A stretch of DNA of 64,000 nucleotides. Origin: Amoebidium appalachense (lineage: Eukaryota; Protista; Ichthyosporea). Both the position numbers and the translations under genes were made by a program. Shown piece by piece: positions 34,027 through 62,530 of this stretch. Numbering within the stretch: the first letter of the stretch is position 1; each line of letters opens with the position of its first letter. The notes below the pieces were generated by a model. The model was not told the origin of the DNA. It searched no databases and worked only from the letters and a program-made list of their open reading frames with translations. The stretch is from positions 9,918,293 to 9,982,292 of the forward strand of contig CAVNZM010000008.1 of assembly GCA_963693365.1 (NCBI GenBank). Reading direction: 5' to 3'.

Positions 34027-36056
34027 TTTCCTGAGGCGCTGCTATTTCTGGATAGGAGGAAGGTACGTTCAGAAAACGAACAGATGGTTGCTGCCTGCTG
34101 CCCGAAAAAATGTCTCAAAATCTAACAAGTGCAAAAATAACACTCTTTTGGCATTAATATGGCCCTTTCAGCAGTTAGAAACAATAGAAGTGTACTGCAG
34201 TATAGAGTCCAGGGTTGGAACCTCACCGTCTCAGTACTTAGTCGGGAAGGGGGAGTGGCTTGCTTGCCACGGCGTTGTTGTCAAACAAACACGGACTGAA
34301 GACGGCGGGCTTTATATCAAGGCACATGCTGTGTTGAATACCGGTAACGGCTAGATGTGATAAATGACCAATCGCGTGCATGTAGGTCAGATAATATTTC
34401 TCATGGCGGCTGGAGCGATGATTGGCTCCTGAGTATCTCGTTAAACCTTATGCAGAAATGTGAGATGCTACATAGCCTTGTTTACTGCACAATAATCAGT
34501 ATCCGTCACTCTACATGGTACTACATATACTTTTGTATGTAATACTTACATTATGGGTAGCGTTTACGTAACCAAAACCAAAAATTAGAAGAGGATAGCT
34601 TGTAACTCATAAATACTGTCTGTATACCATTGGGTAGTTATCAGAAAAACCTAATCCAACGCTTTCGGAGGCGCGTAGCCAAGTCATTGGTTACCAGCTA
34701 TTTGTATGCTTTCCTTGAGCCCAAAGTTTTCATGTTCCAAAAAAACGTGGCTTTTCTACTAGGAAAAATAAAACAAAGCAAATATTGATGTTTTTAGAAA
34801 GTAATCATGAATCTATACTATGAAAATAAGCTTTCTGCGTCTGTCATGGACTTACCAAAAGAGGTTATGTTCTTGAGATTGGTCACACGTATATCAGATT
34901 TTCAGCCAGATTGCCACTTATGGGGCTCGGCCGGGCGGCGGGCACGCGACCCGGGGACACCGCGCGTTCCGATTGGTTAACCCAAAAGAGGGCATCTGGC
35001 CTTCCCGACAGTGAAGAATCAGCACTGACCCAAAAGTGCCTCTTTAATGCATAAAGTCTACACCAATGATTGACTAAGGTACAATTTGTAAACATATATA
35101 TATACCTAAGCTGTATTTTTCCGTTCTACTTGACAAAAAGCGTAGCGCTGTGGTTCTATTCATCAACCGGGCGCCACAACAACTGGGCTGATTATTTGGT
35201 GCAAAATGAGCCAATCGAAATGTGGTGCCGTTTTATCCAATCATGTCGCAACAGCCTGCGTCATCGGCTAAGTTATCTTCAGCCGCCGCATAAAGCTTTG
35301 GTTGGTGGCACAGTCACTTATAACTCCCTAGCTAGGCTTGTGGAATGTAAGTTGTGTTTGTTGTGCTCGGACTGAGACTTCACATATGCATGATCGTACA
35401 GATCTGAGTTGGCATAAAGGCTGTCTTGACTGCAGAACACAATCGAGTGGTGTATATATTACTTCCCTGGTATTCGTTTCCCAGCCGTGTTCTTTTTGGC
35501 AAGGGCAACTTCGAAGCACAGTACTATGTACCGACCCATCCTTTCTTGCAGGTTTCCCATGGGAAAATTTCTTTTGCCACCGACTTCTCAATTCAAAAGA
35601 AATTGCTGCAGTAAATTGATGGTGTTCACGCAAGTGCAGAAAGCAAACACATGTGTGAGCGTTTTTTTTTGGATCGAAACGGGCTCGGGAGTACCTCGCG
35701 GGTGCGGACAGCAATGTCCAGATGCCTCGGGCTGCCCCAGCCCCTCTTCTCTCTTCACATGACCAGAGTCAAGCGGCCATATCATGGCTGTATCTAATAT
35801 ATAACTACGACTTTTGAAACATCAAAAGTCGTCTGCTGTTAAGTCATAGAGAAAAAGTCACATTGGGAACCGAAGGCCTGGCACAAGTGATTTTGTGTTG
35901 CATGCTAATGCCAAGATGATACTGGTATGGGGAGGGAGCTCACGGGGAGCTGCAGAGCCTGAACACAAGTGGGTGGGTAGGCCAACGGGTGAGTGGGCGC
36001 TTGGGGGATGGGTGGGTGATGGTTGGGTGGATGAGTTGGTGGGTAGATGAATTGTT

Positions 36057-36100
<44 letters not shown>

Positions 36101-36451
36101 TTTAGTCCGACGATCTAGAAATTCAATGGCGTTGGACGAGGAGTGTGGCGACAATATTCACAGCCAGTGAGGTACAGGACCATATGTAGATGAATTTTTT
36201 TCGAAAGAGAAAGGAGGGGAAGGGGAGGAGGGGAGCGTGCTAATGGGGAAGGAGCGCCTGGGCATATGCATGTCCATCAAAATACACAACAGGAGATAGC
36301 TGGTGCTTTTATGGAAAAGGAGTCTGGCAAGCTTCAAGAAGCCCCGTAGGAATGGAACAGCCTAAGGGGTTAGAAAGGCAATGAAATTTTGGATTGCCAG
36401 AAGGCTGAATGTTTTTTTTTTTGTTTTTTTTTGTTTTTTTTGAGGGGGGGG

Positions 36452-36495
<44 letters not shown>

Positions 36496-36618
36496 AGTCT
36501 CGGGTAACGGTTATTGGTATTTCTTTCTTCTCAAATGATTTAGTGATTCATTTCATACCTGTGTGCCTCTTTTTTGTGGGCGGGCGGGTGCTGGTGGTGG
36601 TCTTTTTTTTTTTTTTTT

Positions 36619-36649
<31 letters not shown>

Positions 36650-37002
36650 GGGAGAGGGTTGGCCCTGAAGGAGAAGGTGGATCATCACACTCATGTTAGA
36701 AATGTTTTGAGCACACACGCAGGCAGATGCTTGAATGTTGGTGGGATGGAATAGGGAAATAGGGATTGACAAGGAGCTGAGTCAGAACCAGATTTAAAAA
36801 AAACAGCACGTTGTTGCCCCACTTGACCAAAACAGGTGGTATGGAATATAATGTTGAAGGAAGGTGGGGGAGGCGACATTTATACCACGGTGACACAAGG
36901 CCGTTTACACCATGGATATTAGTGCACCGTGTACACTGTGGTAGGGCCGGCCATCTCAGGTGGCGTACCGTAATGATACAAATGCAGCCCATATTTATCC
37001 AG

Positions 37003-37039
<37 letters not shown>

Positions 37040-37158
37040 TCTTAGTAACAGCTCAAACTTTAGTCTTACTAACATGTACAGGCGTAAGTGTTTTGGGCCA
37101 GTTTATGTGTATGCATCAACAAGGGGGGGGGGGGGAGGGACGGAGGGGAGGGGGAGGG

Positions 37159-37192
<34 letters not shown>

Positions 37193-37423
37193 CGGGGGGG
37201 GGGGCAATACTGCAAATGGATGGGAGCCTCGGGTCGACAGATGGCAGGTTGGCTGTAGCCCGGATAACCGGTTTTTTTTTTACGGGAAAGCAGGTTTCTT
37301 GCTGAAAGAAAAGAACGAAGGTGCAGGAAATTTCTTGAGGAAATGAAGTTGCAGATGCAGGTCAAAATAAAGCAACAAGTGGTACTTGCAGTACATTACG
37401 TGGAGCGAAGGAGGTGGGGGGGA

Positions 37424-37459
<36 letters not shown>

Positions 37460-38446
37460 GGAGGGGGGGGGGGGGAGACAGGAAAGTTGTGCACCGGAAA
37501 AATTCTGTGTTTAACTTCTCGCTAGGTCTGTTAAGTGAAACCCGTTCTTTTTCTGGCTCGACGTGTAGTTCCGAATTTCTGGATTCAAAGGTTCGGCCTA
37601 TTCGAAGTGTGTGTTATTCCCTTACAAATCTGCTGTGCTGAAAATGACGAGCACTTGCACGCTCCTGCTTCCACTCAGCCTGGATTGTCCCTGTCCCCCC
37701 CCTTTACGATCTGTGTCTAGGCGGAAGACGGTAAGCTCCCCTGAAGCAGTGCCTCGCTGGGAGTGAAACGGGATAAATAAAAAATAAATAAGCATTGTCC
37801 CCCCCCCCCCCCCTCCCCTCCCCTCCCCCCTTCCTCTCTCTCTTCCCCCTTCCCCCCGGGCTTTTAGGCAAGATTGACACATCGTCAAATGTCTTTGTGG
37901 CTGCCATAAGGGAAAACTTTAAGGCTGCCATAAAGCTCGGGTTTGAGATCTCGGTTTCTAGTGGTTGGAAATGGGTCAGTTCGACTCCCACAGTCTACTT
38001 GTGTAATAGGGACATGCCACAAACAAAAATTTTGCTGATTACGAATATTCTGGGCTGAGATCTCCGATCGCCACCTTGTGGCAGCCATAACGAAACTCCT
38101 CAATTGAGTGGCAGCCACGAGGAGAGGATGCCTGTGTCGTGTCAAAATTCCCTAAAAAGTGTCTGCCTCAGCGCCCCCCCCCCCCCCCCCCCCCCCGGGT
38201 CGTTTGTTATAATTATTGTGAAGATTTCCGGTACACCAAATGTGGTTTTCTTTCCCTTCTCAGGAAACTGGTCTATAACATCCAAAAGCAGCTCAAAAAA
38301 CATGTAGTAATCCATCATAGGAACGTTCAACGAGCATCCTTCGGCACCAACTCCGTTGGAAGACACAGCCGTCTAAAGCATTAACAGGAAGCGTTCTAGT
38401 GCATGATCATGATCCAGAATTTCCTGATGCACAACTTTCTACTTGA

Positions 38447-38481
<35 letters not shown>

Positions 38482-40230
38482 CTCAAGGGAGATTCCAAGG
38501 GGGAGGGGGAGAGGGGGGGGGAGGGGGGAGAGAGAGAGAGAGAGGGGGGGGGGGGGGGGGGGGGGGGGGGCAACTGGCCATGGGGCAAAGCTCGGGGGAC
38601 TTCAAAGACCAGTACTCCAGTTGCAGGGAAGGAGAGGCTCGATACTGCCGGGCCAGACTGCAGCCAGACAGCCACAAGGCATCAAGTACATGGCCATATA
38701 GTCTAAGATAGTGTGCGCACACATGTTTTAGGAGGCCTTCAAGTTGGTCTGCTAATGCGGCAAGCATTATCAATTCCGGGGCATACTAGCTGTTGGCATC
38801 ACATGCCCATGGACATGGTACAGGGGTGCATGCATAATATGCATATGCTGAGCCAATTAAAAACCCCAGCTCATAGCCCAGAGCCACCGGCAAGTTCATA
38901 TGGTGTTTTTTACACTTTAAAAACTACTCACAAGCATGGTAATCGGATCGATCCTGCAACATCACTAAAATGCGGAAGTCCTTACTTGTCACTAGGGGTT
39001 TACACACTTTTTATTGCGTGGACACTGCCGGAGGCCCAGCCACATTCGACGGCCTACTGCGTTTTCCAGCGCAGCCAATCAAATGCAGCCAGTGACATAT
39101 GTACATGCTAGGCAACAATGAGCGCCATCGTAGTATATGACACCCCTATTACATATTATGGGTAAGCAGAGGCTAGCATCGGTAGCTCCGAAAGAAAGTT
39201 AAGGCACCGGATCACAATATCATACTGTGCAGCATTAATAAGGTGATCTAGGATAGTCATCTTAAAACGGATATATTGAGGAAGAGAGGAAGAAAAGAGA
39301 ATAAAACCGCCAATAACCTCCGGTTCTAATACGTTAGCTAACAGGTTGCACTTATTGATAGATATGCAGCCGCGAGTAAACCGCCCCCCACACATATTAC
39401 ACATACGAGCAGGAGACACCAGCAACCGATTACACCGCGTCACACCACCGGAATGCAGAATGGTGGCTACTTTAGTGTAAATGCTTAGGACTAGGAGAAA
39501 GATAGGAGCTACTATCTGCACACTAAGCAACTTGGCAACCTTGAAGTCAAAGTTTGTAAAGACACAACTGCTGATATGGGGATGTATAATGCCTGTGGGT
39601 ACCGATGCTCCACGAGCTCGAGCCATACACATCTGCACACATGTGTAGCCTGCTAGTTCTGCCCCGTTCGGACTCAGCAACCCCCCCCCCCCCCCCCCCC
39701 CCCTGCCCGCCCGCCCGCTTGTCCGAACGTACCCAAGAACACTAAAAAGAGAAAGGAGTACAGTGTCACACAGATACCGACACTCTCGGCTGTGTGACCA
39801 TAAATGTGCCATCATTTAAGGTGGAAAGGGTTTATTGTCCATTCGTCACTGCGACAGTTCGGAATTTGAAAGTCAATAATTTAATGCAATTGAGTTGACA
39901 TATCATTCATAATAGTTACGCATAGGTACACAGCTTTAGACTATATACAGGAAGAGTTAATATGTAGAGGCTTCACGATTGGGTGGGTTTAAAAATTAAA
40001 TTTTAGCTACAACCAATGGCTATGTGCGGCATCACTGACTGTAGCCATCATATGATTACAACACTGTTGGTGAGAATAATCTCTATGTATCTAACTATCT
40101 CCACATGCAAACATTCATACTGGTAATTCGCAGGCGCATGGTTCGAAGTGAGAATATTACTTATTACAAATAAGTTCTGTCATTTGCATTTAGATTTCTC
40201 ATCAACAATCATTAATCATTAAAAGTTAAA

Positions 40231-45861
<5,631 letters not shown>

Positions 45862-46024
45862 CTTAGGAATTTCTTTTAAGTAGGGGTAAAATAATACACC
45901 CGAGTCTTACCTTTCAAGACTCATGCCATTTATCTATGTTCGAGCAACCATAAAGCAGCCGAGCACCTATACATCCCGGATATAATCCAGTAATTTAGAT
46001 AGCGGGGAATGGGTTAAAGACGTA

Positions 46025-46264
46025 CATTTGCACCAACCAGGAACAAGGCCTGATATTCAGCAACCACCCGGTCAGCAATGTAAAGAAGCACCGTAGGCAC
46101 AATATTGGTATCTCCAGTCTGCAAAATCAGAAACAAAGGTTAGAAACGTGCACATGTGTATGATCAAGGAAAAGGTCTCCAACAGTGTCCCATCCAGTTC
46201 CCTTTGGTTTCCAGAGGGGAAGAGAAGGGGAGGGGCGGAGAGAGGGCTGGGGGGGAGGGGGGTT

Positions 46265-46314
<50 letters not shown>

Positions 46315-48778
46315 CGTGTATGTGTGCTTGCGCTTATGCGTGTGTGCCGTGCGTGCGCGCATGTGTGTGTGTCCGCAGTTCGTGTGTGTGTGTGTGTGTG
46401 CGCGCGCGCGCCCATGCGTGCGTGTGGGTGTGTGCACGTGAGAGTGTGCATGTGTGTGTATGCACGAGCGCACCAGGTGCGTAACAGGTGCAAGTGTGCA
46501 TGGGCCCGTGAATGTGTGTGTTTGTGTGTGTGAGCCACAAAAAAGAAGCAAGAAGAGGGGAACCACACTGAACAAGAAAGCCATATGAGCAACCAGCAAA
46601 ACAGCTCATGCAAACCCAAGGAACGAAGCATAGGTGCACACGATGGATCTTTAACAGCCATTAAAGAGATACACGGTACCTGGGGGTCGCTCAGACACTG
46701 CATGGAACACTCCTGGATCAGCTGCTGCACAAGTGACACTCCCTCCACCTACAGCAAAACATACCATCTGTAAGAATATATATAATAACAACAATAGAAC
46801 ACCGAACTAGTACCCCCCCCCCCCCCCAAAAAAAAAAAAAAAAAAAAAGAAAAGAAAAAAAAGTCTAATTTAATATGTTTGTTGTAGTTGTTGCTTGCTT
46901 CCTTTTCTTTCCCCCCCCCCCACCCTTTTTTGGTTGTTGTTGTTGTTGTTGGGCGAAACGGGAGCAGCCACAAAGAATTCATACTTTCATAGGAGCCTCC
47001 TCCGTCAGTTGCTTCTGCAACAGTGGACCGCTAGGAACTAACGATTGCACAACCCATCCTTGCACTAAACACCAACACTTGACGAAAGCCCTATGGAGCC
47101 CCCCCCTCCCCCCCCCCCCCCCCCCCCCCCCTCCCCCCCCCCCTCCCTCCCCCCCCCCTCCCCCCCCCCCCCCCCCCCCCCTTCCCCTCCCCCTCCCTTT
47201 TTTTTTCCTGCCTGCAGGTCACGTCCAACCCCATTCACTCATGTCCCACTGCATCTCCCCAAGCACCCAATACGCAATGCACACATCAAGAGGAGCAACC
47301 AACCGTTACCAACGGGACCACACACCGGACACGCCCCCTCCCTCCCCCCCCTTCCCCCCCCCCCCCCCCCCCCCCCCGTGGGGTCCATCACCAGAAACAA
47401 AAGGAATTTTCCAACAAGGGTTGATATATAAGCGAAAACAAGGGGCAAATACCCGATTTGATTGCGTGAGGTTTTCAGGATTAATCCCATCCACGGAGAC
47501 AGCCTGCAGCAATCGCGTGACCGTTTCCAACACACCGATCTGATCGGATTTTCCTCTCGCCAATCGACATAGCCACTGGGTCATGTCGGGTCTCCCCGTG
47601 GGTGTCCTAATCAACCTCCTAAAATGCGCGCGTCCACTTTTCATCAACATTCGCCTAACTTCCTCGGCGGCGGCGAATTTTCGCTCCTCAATCTCAGTTT
47701 TTGCATCTTCTTCCTCTCCTGTCAGGGCGGCCTTAGATTCGTTTCCCTCATCCTGAGTTGGGTTCTCCACAACGTCTGTGCAAAAAAAAAAAAATTGTTA
47801 GAATTTCAAATCGACATCTGGAATGAAGACATTGTTAGACTTTGAATTAAACATCTGGAATGAAATTTCCAATCGTTCAACTTTCCAATCGACATCTAAA
47901 ATGAAGTGCACACAAACAAAAGGGTATGAGATTGTAAGGACAGGAGTGCACGTTATTGAAGCCAAACATATGGCATGGGAGCATTAGAAGGGCAAGGGCA
48001 AGTGGACGGGGAGGGGGGGACGGGGGTATAACAAGAGTTGGAACGAATTCAAACTACATCATGGGCTGTCTGTGATCAGCATACACACACACACACAAAC
48101 ACACACACGCGCGCGCGCGCGCGCGCCCACACACACACACTCCTTCTCAGCCATGTTTGCCGGTAGAGGAGGGAAGTAAGGGGGAGGGCATGGAATTGAG
48201 AAGTGGTGACGGTACAAGAGCAACACGTGTACAGTTTTTGTTCGACTAGCCAACCCCCTTCCCCCCCCCCCCCCCCCCCCCCCCTCTGCCTTCTGCTTAT
48301 CTCCCCACCTTCCACCCCTCCACACTGCCGGCTCTCTGCTCTCTTCCCCCCTCCCCCCCCCCCCCCCCTCCCTCGCCTCTGTTTCCTTCAACCTCCCCTT
48401 CTCTCGCCTTCCCCCAAAGTCTCTCCGCCCCCTCCCCCCCCCCCCCCCCCCCCCCCACCACAAAAGAAAGAAAAAGAAAAGAAAAAACGTTCTGCGACCA
48501 CGATGCAGACACATGAACACGTAACCATTTCTCTTAGCATCCAACACGCCAACTCATCCATCCACCCGCCCACTCCACCCCACCTACTTTCATTCCCCAA
48601 TAGGTTTCTTCTCCAATCTCAACAACACGTGAAAACAGTGTATTATGAGCAAGCAGGGGGGGCCCGTACCTTGGCCAGAGGTCTCGAACCGTGTGTACAT
48701 CGGGACAACGGAGTCTTGGGTGTCATCTTCCTGCCCTGAATATGGGGAAAATGCAAGGAAAACGTTATTTCTGTTCGT

Positions 48779-48812
<34 letters not shown>

Positions 48813-49016
48813 CCCCCTCACCATGTCTGGTTTAATGCCATGCTTTTCTCTCAGTAGTCTTTCCATCTTTGTATTTTAATTGTTCTTGCAGGAATGACAT
48901 ATTCAGGTGCAAAGACATCCCACAGTATTGGGGGTTTCTGTCAACGGTCGCACCAGATGCCCACCCTACATGCTACATTTTCGAAGTGCAAAAGTGTGTA
49001 TGTGTGTGTGAGTGTG

Positions 49017-49050
<34 letters not shown>

Positions 49051-49168
49051 CGTGTGTGTGCGTGCACTCGTTTTGAACAGTCTGTGCTTTCGTGCAGCCC
49101 ACCCCCCCCCCCCCTCCCCCCCCAGTAACAGCAAGGGGGGGGGGGGGGGGGAGGGGAGACGAGAAAGA

Positions 49169-49206
<38 letters not shown>

Positions 49207-51250
49207 GAGAGAGAGAGAGAGAAGGAGAGGGGAGGGGGAGAGAGACGGAGAGACAAAGGATGAGAAAGAAGAAGAAAACTTTCTATATGGGAATTGCGCC
49301 TGCCCATAGAAGGACACACACACCTGTGCCTCTGTCGAAAATGACCCTAGAATAGACCTTCAGAGACTTGCTTGTAAGGTACCTGGTGTGTGAGCTAGAG
49401 GTCAATACATACAAAGAAACAAAATTTTCCACGCAGTTTTATGGATGGCTTGGCTGAGCGAAAGCACTAGCCGCACAAGCCGATTGAGAATTAACAAGGA
49501 ATGTGGAGCATTCCCGAACAAACACGCACATATCAACATGTACCAAGGATCATTTTGGGAAACAATCTCTTGGAACAAATGTCTGTCCTTTTCGGGTTTC
49601 GTTTGCATGCCTGTCTGTGCCTGTGCCTGTGTGTGTGTGTGTGTGTGTGCGTGCGCGTGTGTGCGTGCATGCGTGTGTGTGTGTGCGCGCGCACACACGT
49701 ATGTTCGAATGTCCACATGAACACTTTATGCCATGTGCACGTGTTTTGGCTTATGCATGAACCTGTGCGACTGCATGTGCACAACCCACGTAACAAAACA
49801 GGCCCTGCCAAGGCTGAGAAAGGGAGTAGGCAAGTTAGAGATCTATGATCTGCACCTCACCAAACATTGGAATAAAATAGAAAAGACAACTCTCCACTCC
49901 CCCCTCCACCCCCCCCCCCCCCTTCAAAAAAAAAAAAAAAAAAAAAAAAAAAAACATACAGACACACACACAAGGACCCACCCACACAGACACGCACACA
50001 CACATTCCTCCAACCCCATCCGACCCCAGATCCATCACCTCTCACCTTTGCGGGAGTTGCTCAGTGCCAGTTTCTAGCTGACTGTATCTGCCGACCCAGG
50101 AGGCACACCAGCCCAAACAAGCCAAACAAAAACCGCAATCACGGCCATTTCCAGAAACATAAATCTGGCGCCCTTGCTGGTCTACTCTCTGACGACAGTG
50201 CTGGAGATGGGTGATGAGACGCACAAACTCAGAACATGTGAGGTGCCCCTTCATGCCAACGTCAAACTGTGGAAAGACAAGCACGGTCAACGTTTGACTA
50301 CCATTTAACCTGTGTAACAGTGATCATCTCCTCCACAACTTCGACCGATTCTGTGACTTATCCAGCACTGCTGTCCCTCCTTCCCTCTCTCCCCCCCAAC
50401 CCCCTGGTCCCCCTCCCCTCCCATTTCCCCCCTCTTTCCCTTCCACAATCACCGAGGGTTCCCCTACGGCTGCCCCCCGCCCCTGCCCCCCCCATCCCTT
50501 CTCCCCTCGCTCCCCCTGCTCTCAACCCCTTCCCAAACAAAAAAATTGGGCTTACTACATTTGCCCTTATTCAGCCTGTGGTTACTAGACCCACGGGAGG
50601 GAGGGAGGTTACTTTGTACAACACCTAACAAAATGCCAACGTATCTGCATAAGATCTAGAAAATTGAAGAAACCACGGATCTCAAACCTATCACTCCACG
50701 TGAAGTGAGAAAGAGAAAAAGACAAGCGGAATGCGGTCACTGATTTGCCCTACCATAAGAAATACGAGGGGATGGGAGACAACGAGCCCGGCCGAGTGGA
50801 GGCCCAGATGTCGGTCCGTGCCCTCCAATTTCTTCAGGTCCCACAGATCCACCACATCTTCCGAACTGCCAGCTGCAAGGAACTCATGAACAACAGAATT
50901 GGAAAAAACAAGCCCGAGCAAGTGCGCAGGTACACTGTGCGAAAACCTTCATACAACCAACAAAAAAGGAGAATGTGAGGCTTTCGGCACAAAAAGAGCG
51001 CAAAAGCAAAAAAGGTGCATCTTATAACAACCTAGATTCCGTCAGCTAAACAATAATAATAATATGTTGGAGTAGTAAGATGGGCTGGTACAATAGTCCC
51101 TCTTCATCGGCCCACACAGAAATGTCCGTGGCTGTTCCGCCCCTTGAGTTCCAAATGTGCATCCTACCTGTTAAAGATTCAAAGGCCTGGTTGATGGGTG
51201 ACGACAGCAGGCCACCCATGTTGAGTCTGGCTACCTCATCCTCTTTTGGA
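46025..51250 (-). CDS. Multi-exon gene of unknown function with one EF-hand-like motif; may be the N-terminal part of the kinase gene
   Basis: Splicing 50754 to 50266 gives [23 protein letters not shown] (EF-hand-like). Other exon-like blocks near 47775-47380, 46748-46680 and 46118-46026. Full structure not resolved. Confidence 0.4.
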
Positions 51251-52205
51251 TTGCAGCCAAGGGCACAATGCTCACCCTGGGCTCTTGTGTTTTGCAAATT
51301 GATCTGGTTCTGTTTTTAACTCTGTGTTTGTCTCCGAGCAATGGAAAAAAGGGGGAAAGCGGCGGCAAAGCTTGCAGGTAAACTGAACTTAAACTCTTCA
51401 ATTCACCGAGATGCTTCATGTATACAACAAGTACATACATACGGAGATCGGCCAACTCTCTTTATGAAGCTCAGCTCGGCCAACACTGGCCCAACAGCTG
51501 TAAACTTTGCTGGCCCTGGCCCTGGCTGGGGAAAACATATCTGATTTTTACGCAAAAGTTATTTTGGCGGGATATTTGTGATAGCGCAAATGCCAAACTG
51601 TGCCAGCAGGCTGATGATACAGAAAGACTCGAAAAGGCACAGCGAAACGTAGCAGAATGTAGCGCAGCTTCGGTCAAGTTGCAAGGAGAAACCTAGACAT
51701 TATGATAGTAGAGGCAGTGAGGCTGTTTGAGCCGCGTTCGTTCTTCTTTTCTCGTGCTCGCCCTGTCCATTCCATGTTTTCGCATCAATCATCATCAAGT
51801 TAGCCGGACGGCCAGTTGGATCCTCTCCTTGTCTTCACTCGAATGGAGGAACATGGCCTGTTTTTGATCACTTGGATTTGTTACCTGGAAGTCCCCTATA
51901 ACAAACACAACCTCTAGCTTTAATTTTTTGAAGATCTTGACCAGAATACAACAGTGAATAGCGGATGGTCGTTAGGCCCGGCATCGAAATCTTGTTTTTT
52001 GGTGAGTCCCGAGTGAGCACGAGCTGCTAGGTTTTCTTAAAAATCCCAGACGATGTTATGGTGCTCAAACGAAGTCCAGCCTAAAGCACAAATTAGCGAC
52101 TCGCACAAGCAGAATTCAGCCTTCACTTGCATGATTCGGTTACCTTTCTAAAGAAATGCACAGCCAAGGCCGGAGCCTTTCACCGGCCCCTGTGACCGAC
52201 AGACC

Positions 52206-60210
<8,005 letters not shown>

Positions 60211-60220
60211 TTAGGCCTGG

Positions 60221-60314
<94 letters not shown>

Positions 60315-60409
60315 TAATTTTTGATGTGTATTATAATGGCTATTTCGAATGTGATATAATATAAAATTCTATTGTGCTAGGCTGCTGTTGTTAATTTTTT
60401 ATTTTATTG

Positions 60410-60602
<193 letters not shown>

Positions 60603-61090
60603 CCGTGTGTTGTTTGGGGGGGGGGGGGAGGGGAGGGGGGGGGGGGGGGGGTCTTGCGCGCTGTACTAGATTATCGTTCTGCAGTGATAATGAATGTTGG
60701 TTTTTTGTGTGCATTCAATGATTATTTGTATTCGTGAATGATATGCTGCATGGCAAAACAACACTTTACAACGCACATATGCGCCGGTCGTATTGGGTGT
60801 GCCGGATCCCCCTACTACTATCGGTTTTTTTGTAGTGTACATACAGGCATTTTAGATGATTTTCTCTCCCGTCACCTAACCGTCATAACACTTAAGTTTA
60901 CCATTTTATTGTATTTTTTATGTATTATCGATTTGCCGAATGTTCCTTTCCTATCTGAATCGAAGTGGCAAATATACAGTGGCAACCTGGGCCTGCCACA
61001 AAATGGCTTCTGGAAGTTATGTCAGTGTAAGTGTGGGGTCCCATGGCACTCGGCAGCATCTGTCGCACCTACACACACACCGTCACACAG

Positions 61091-61136
<46 letters not shown>

Positions 61137-61593
61137 ATGCAGACGTTTCAATGGTTTCATGCATTTTGCCGTCTTGGACTACATGGCCAGGGCTGAGTTG
61201 CTGGGATACAGCAGACGCACCCGGATGACGTCAGTCTTTAGCTCGTGAGCCGTCACTTGCGATCAATGAAGGGATGATAATGGCACTCTCTTGTGTTCAA
61301 GAGGGCCGTGCTCCAGCGTTCTCGAGGTCTCCTGCAGTGACGAGGCTGAAGTTTCTCTTTGTGCCTGTCACTTATTGTGTATCACTTGGTAATGAGTCCA
61401 ACTTAGTAAAGCATAGCCAGTTTTTGCCCCAGTTCACACTGTTCATATACTATTTATTCCATAACAACTTCGCTATTCACGTAGTCAGTTACCTGAAACC
61501 AGGGCCGATAGAGCAACCGCTGCCTGTTGCATCGATCACTGTCCTTGCGATCTCCAACACACACTTAATAATAACTCATCTTTGCTTTCCAAG

Positions 61594-62530
61594 ATGTCAT
61601 ACAGCGCAAACAGAGGCACAACTGGGGGCCGTTCATACCCAAGAAGCCAATATGTGCCACCGACACCATACAAGCAACAGTACAGAGGGGGAGGCAACAC
61701 CGTGCCTGGAGCCGGTGGCCAGTCTACATATAACCAAAACAAATCGCAAAAGATTCCCGGTAACGAGGGGTTCATGTGCACCATAAACCACGTTACGTTG
61801 CAACTTTTACCTACGGAGATGAGGGTTCTTGCTTGCTCGCAGACATACCCTATTAGAGACAGGTTGAAAGGGCTTGGGTTTCGTTGGCACACAGAGGGAC
61901 ATGCGTGCTGGGTGAAAAGCGGTATGACGGACCATGTGGAAGCAGGCAAGTTGTTAGTTGATATCATCAAAATCTTGAACGGAGAGAACGAGTTGCCGAA
62001 AGAGAAACAGCCAGAAACGCGGTCGGTCTCTCTAACGCAAGAGCAGATTCAAGAGCTGCTAGAAGGAGTCACGGCCGACGATTTGAACATGAGTTCTCCG
62101 GAAATGCCAACAGCAAAGAGAACTCTGGCCTGGGAGGAAAAATGCCTGCAAAACACCCCCAAAAAAAGTTCGAACAGAGACTTCGAGGGAGGTAGTATTG
62201 TCGAAGAAAGAAATAGATGATCTCACGGAGGGAATTTTCAGCGATGACAGCAACGGTGCACATGAACAAACACAAACAACCAAAACAACGACCCCTTTCA
62301 AGAACACACCAGCTAGTTTTACGCAAACCAGTCAAGCTGTTGTGTTGACAGATGCAGACAGGGATGCACTTCTCGAGGGGGTTGATCTGGATGAGGACAT
62401 TGTTGCTGGAGCTGATGTGATGCTTGCTTCGCCCACCCAGAGTCTTCCCCCCACACAAGACATGCTGCTCCAGCAAAACTCCTTCAGTCAGGTGGGTAAA
62501 TTTGGGCCGTCCCGTCCCTGCCATCCCTAA
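61594..62530 (+). CDS. Unknown protein with TYPIRDRLKGLGFRW motif and three acidic repeats, interrupted by a +1 frameshift near 62156-62167 (error or pseudogene)
   Basis: ORFs 61582..62220 and 62198..62530 share the repeat ..V.L.....(E/D/A)LLEGV..D(D/E); the +1 frame is open from the C5A7 run. Confidence 0.55.

Noticed and set aside
45905-45966. Possible exon with in-frame TGA (selenocysteine/readthrough) linking upstream exons to the kinase
   Set aside because: Phase with the upstream exon does not fit and there is no supporting motif; simpler splice paths exist.
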